Part shown: positions 62,660 to 64,000 of the stretch, piece after piece | Position numbering within the stretch: the stretch's first letter is position 1 | Layout: every line of letters begins with the position of its first letter | NCBI RefSeq assembly: GCF_006345805.1 | Contig: NC_042999.1 | Span: 27,528,001-27,592,000 of the forward strand | From: Octopus sinensis | Lineage: Eukaryota | Direction: 5' to 3' | DNA: 64,000 nt | Position numbers and translations under genes: made by a program | Notes under the pieces: generated by a model | Databases searched by the model: none | What the model was told of the DNA's origin: nothing | The model's input: the letters and a program-made list of their open reading frames with translations, nothing else

Positions 62660-63395
62660 CCAGTCAATTTCTTTATTAACCATGAGGTTGAGAAAAAGCG
62701 GGGACGATACGCAGTCAGACAAAACAAACATTGGGGTCAGGGTATCGAATGAGACGAAACGTATGAATAAACAAACAATTAAAATATATACAACTAAATG
62801 AGAATGAGTGATTTACAAAAAAATAGAGTGGAGGACACGGTCGAACCCCACAAACCACATACTCACATTGAAGACTTTGCTTTCTCCTTTTTATATTCTC
62901 GATTAAACAGGTTCTTTCACTCGCAACATACTTGCTATTGACTTCCATCTTTTACGAAACACACTTTGCGTCAGGCATTTCTTCTCCAGCCTTATTTTCA
63001 GTTTCATGTGGAAAACGAAAAAGTCGATTAGCTCGAGACTGGAGATGAACATGCCTGTTGCAATTCCTTCCATTCTCGTCTTCCATACTACCTCTTTTGC
63101 TACAGCAACTACCAAGAGAAAACAGGCTCGCTCCTCCCTATTCAGGGAGGTCGGCGAAACGATCTTAATTACAGATTCGCTCGGCAGTCGTACTCTTCTC
63201 GACTGCAACAGCAGGTGTTCGACATAAGCCCAAAGCTCAGTCACCTTGGGGCATTGCACAATCGCGTGCAGGACAGTTTCCCTGTCCTGCTCGCATCTTA
63301 CACAAACCGGCAAAGGTGCACACCCATGTCTAAAGAGCTTATCTCGAACCGGTAAAGGTCCTCTGTAACATTGCTAGGCCAGGAACTTTTAGTAA
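62660..63395 (-). mobile_element. L1/Tx1-clade LINE 3' fragment with C-terminal Zn-binding domain and 3' UTR
   Basis: LPVRDKLFRHG..PVCVRCEQDRETVLHAIVQC..LW..FLLVVAVAKEVVWKTR..FFVFHMK; 3' end aataaagaaatt. Confidence 0.9.
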
Positions 63396-63676
63396 TTATC
63401 CATACATACATACACACATGCTCATGTATGTATATATATGTATGTAATAGTGTATGTGTATAGGTATGTATGTATGCATGTATATCAATGAAAGAATGTC
63501 ACCTCTGCTTGTTTTAAACGCAACTCTCTTGCGATATTTATTCTGTCCGATTTGACGGATAACTTTTCTCTCGCGTCGTAGTAAACGAAGTGAGACAATG
63601 CTTAACCAATTAGAAAACAGCACCTAATGATGCGCAGGCGACATAAAAAATATAAATAACTAACTAAACTTACAAA

Positions 63677-64000
63677 TCTTTATATATAAAAGTCAAGTTG
63701 TGTGTCTGTCTCCTACGATTTAGATTCTTAACTACTCCCACATTTTGCGGTGCAGTTTAACCAAAACCGGGTATCTTATAGTCGTGATTCATATCGAGCC
63801 TTCTGGGTATTAGCGCGCGTCTACGAAAAGTCTACGATTAAAAAAAAAATTTACCATCATTTTTTTCCATTTTAATGCCTTTTTTCGCTATTATATAAGG
63901 GAAGTAACTCTCTAAAAATGTCTACGATGAGTCAACGATTTTTAAAAAATTTACCATCATTTTTTTTCCATTTTTAATGCATTTTTTTGCTATTTTTTGC
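63677..64000 (+). mobile_element. Non-autonomous Helitron (same family as 11784), runs off the window
   Basis: TCTTTATATATAAAAG start and about 250 bp aligned to 11784-12030. Confidence 0.88.

Overview
AT-rich, repeat-saturated eukaryotic DNA. The tRNA-headed SINEs, very long (TA)n/(ATAC)n/(AAT)n tracts and TE mix point to a coleoid cephalopod, most likely Octopus (inference from repeat content). I recognise no host protein-coding gene. Nearly all long ORFs in the track are microsatellite or SINE read-through. Supportable content: (i) three SINE families in about 35 copies; (ii) fragments of CR1-group, RTE, L1/Tx1 and R4/Dong-type (RLE) LINEs; (iii) at least three Penelope-like element (PLE) ORF relics with GIY-YIG domains at 19.7-26.8 kb; (iv) DNA-transposon relics: a Merlin/ISXO2-type transposase, a DD37D (maT) transposase, a mariner MITE, a GG-terminal MITE with 8-bp TSDs carrying TTAGGG repeats, and non-autonomous Helitrons. 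The most interesting signal is a set of minimal type I hammerhead-ribozyme motifs from several unrelated repeat families (14.8, 21.1, 25.1/25.6, 26.1, 27.4, 50.7/50.8, 51.7 kb). Three occur as divergent inverted pairs, including a ~460-bp near-perfect palindrome, and one family has a tRNA-like Pol III head upstream of the ribozyme. Also notable are a duplicated minus-strand exon-plus-donor block 21.7 kb apart and an apparently identical 591-bp tandem duplication. All calls are by eye; coordinates of degraded repeats are approximate.
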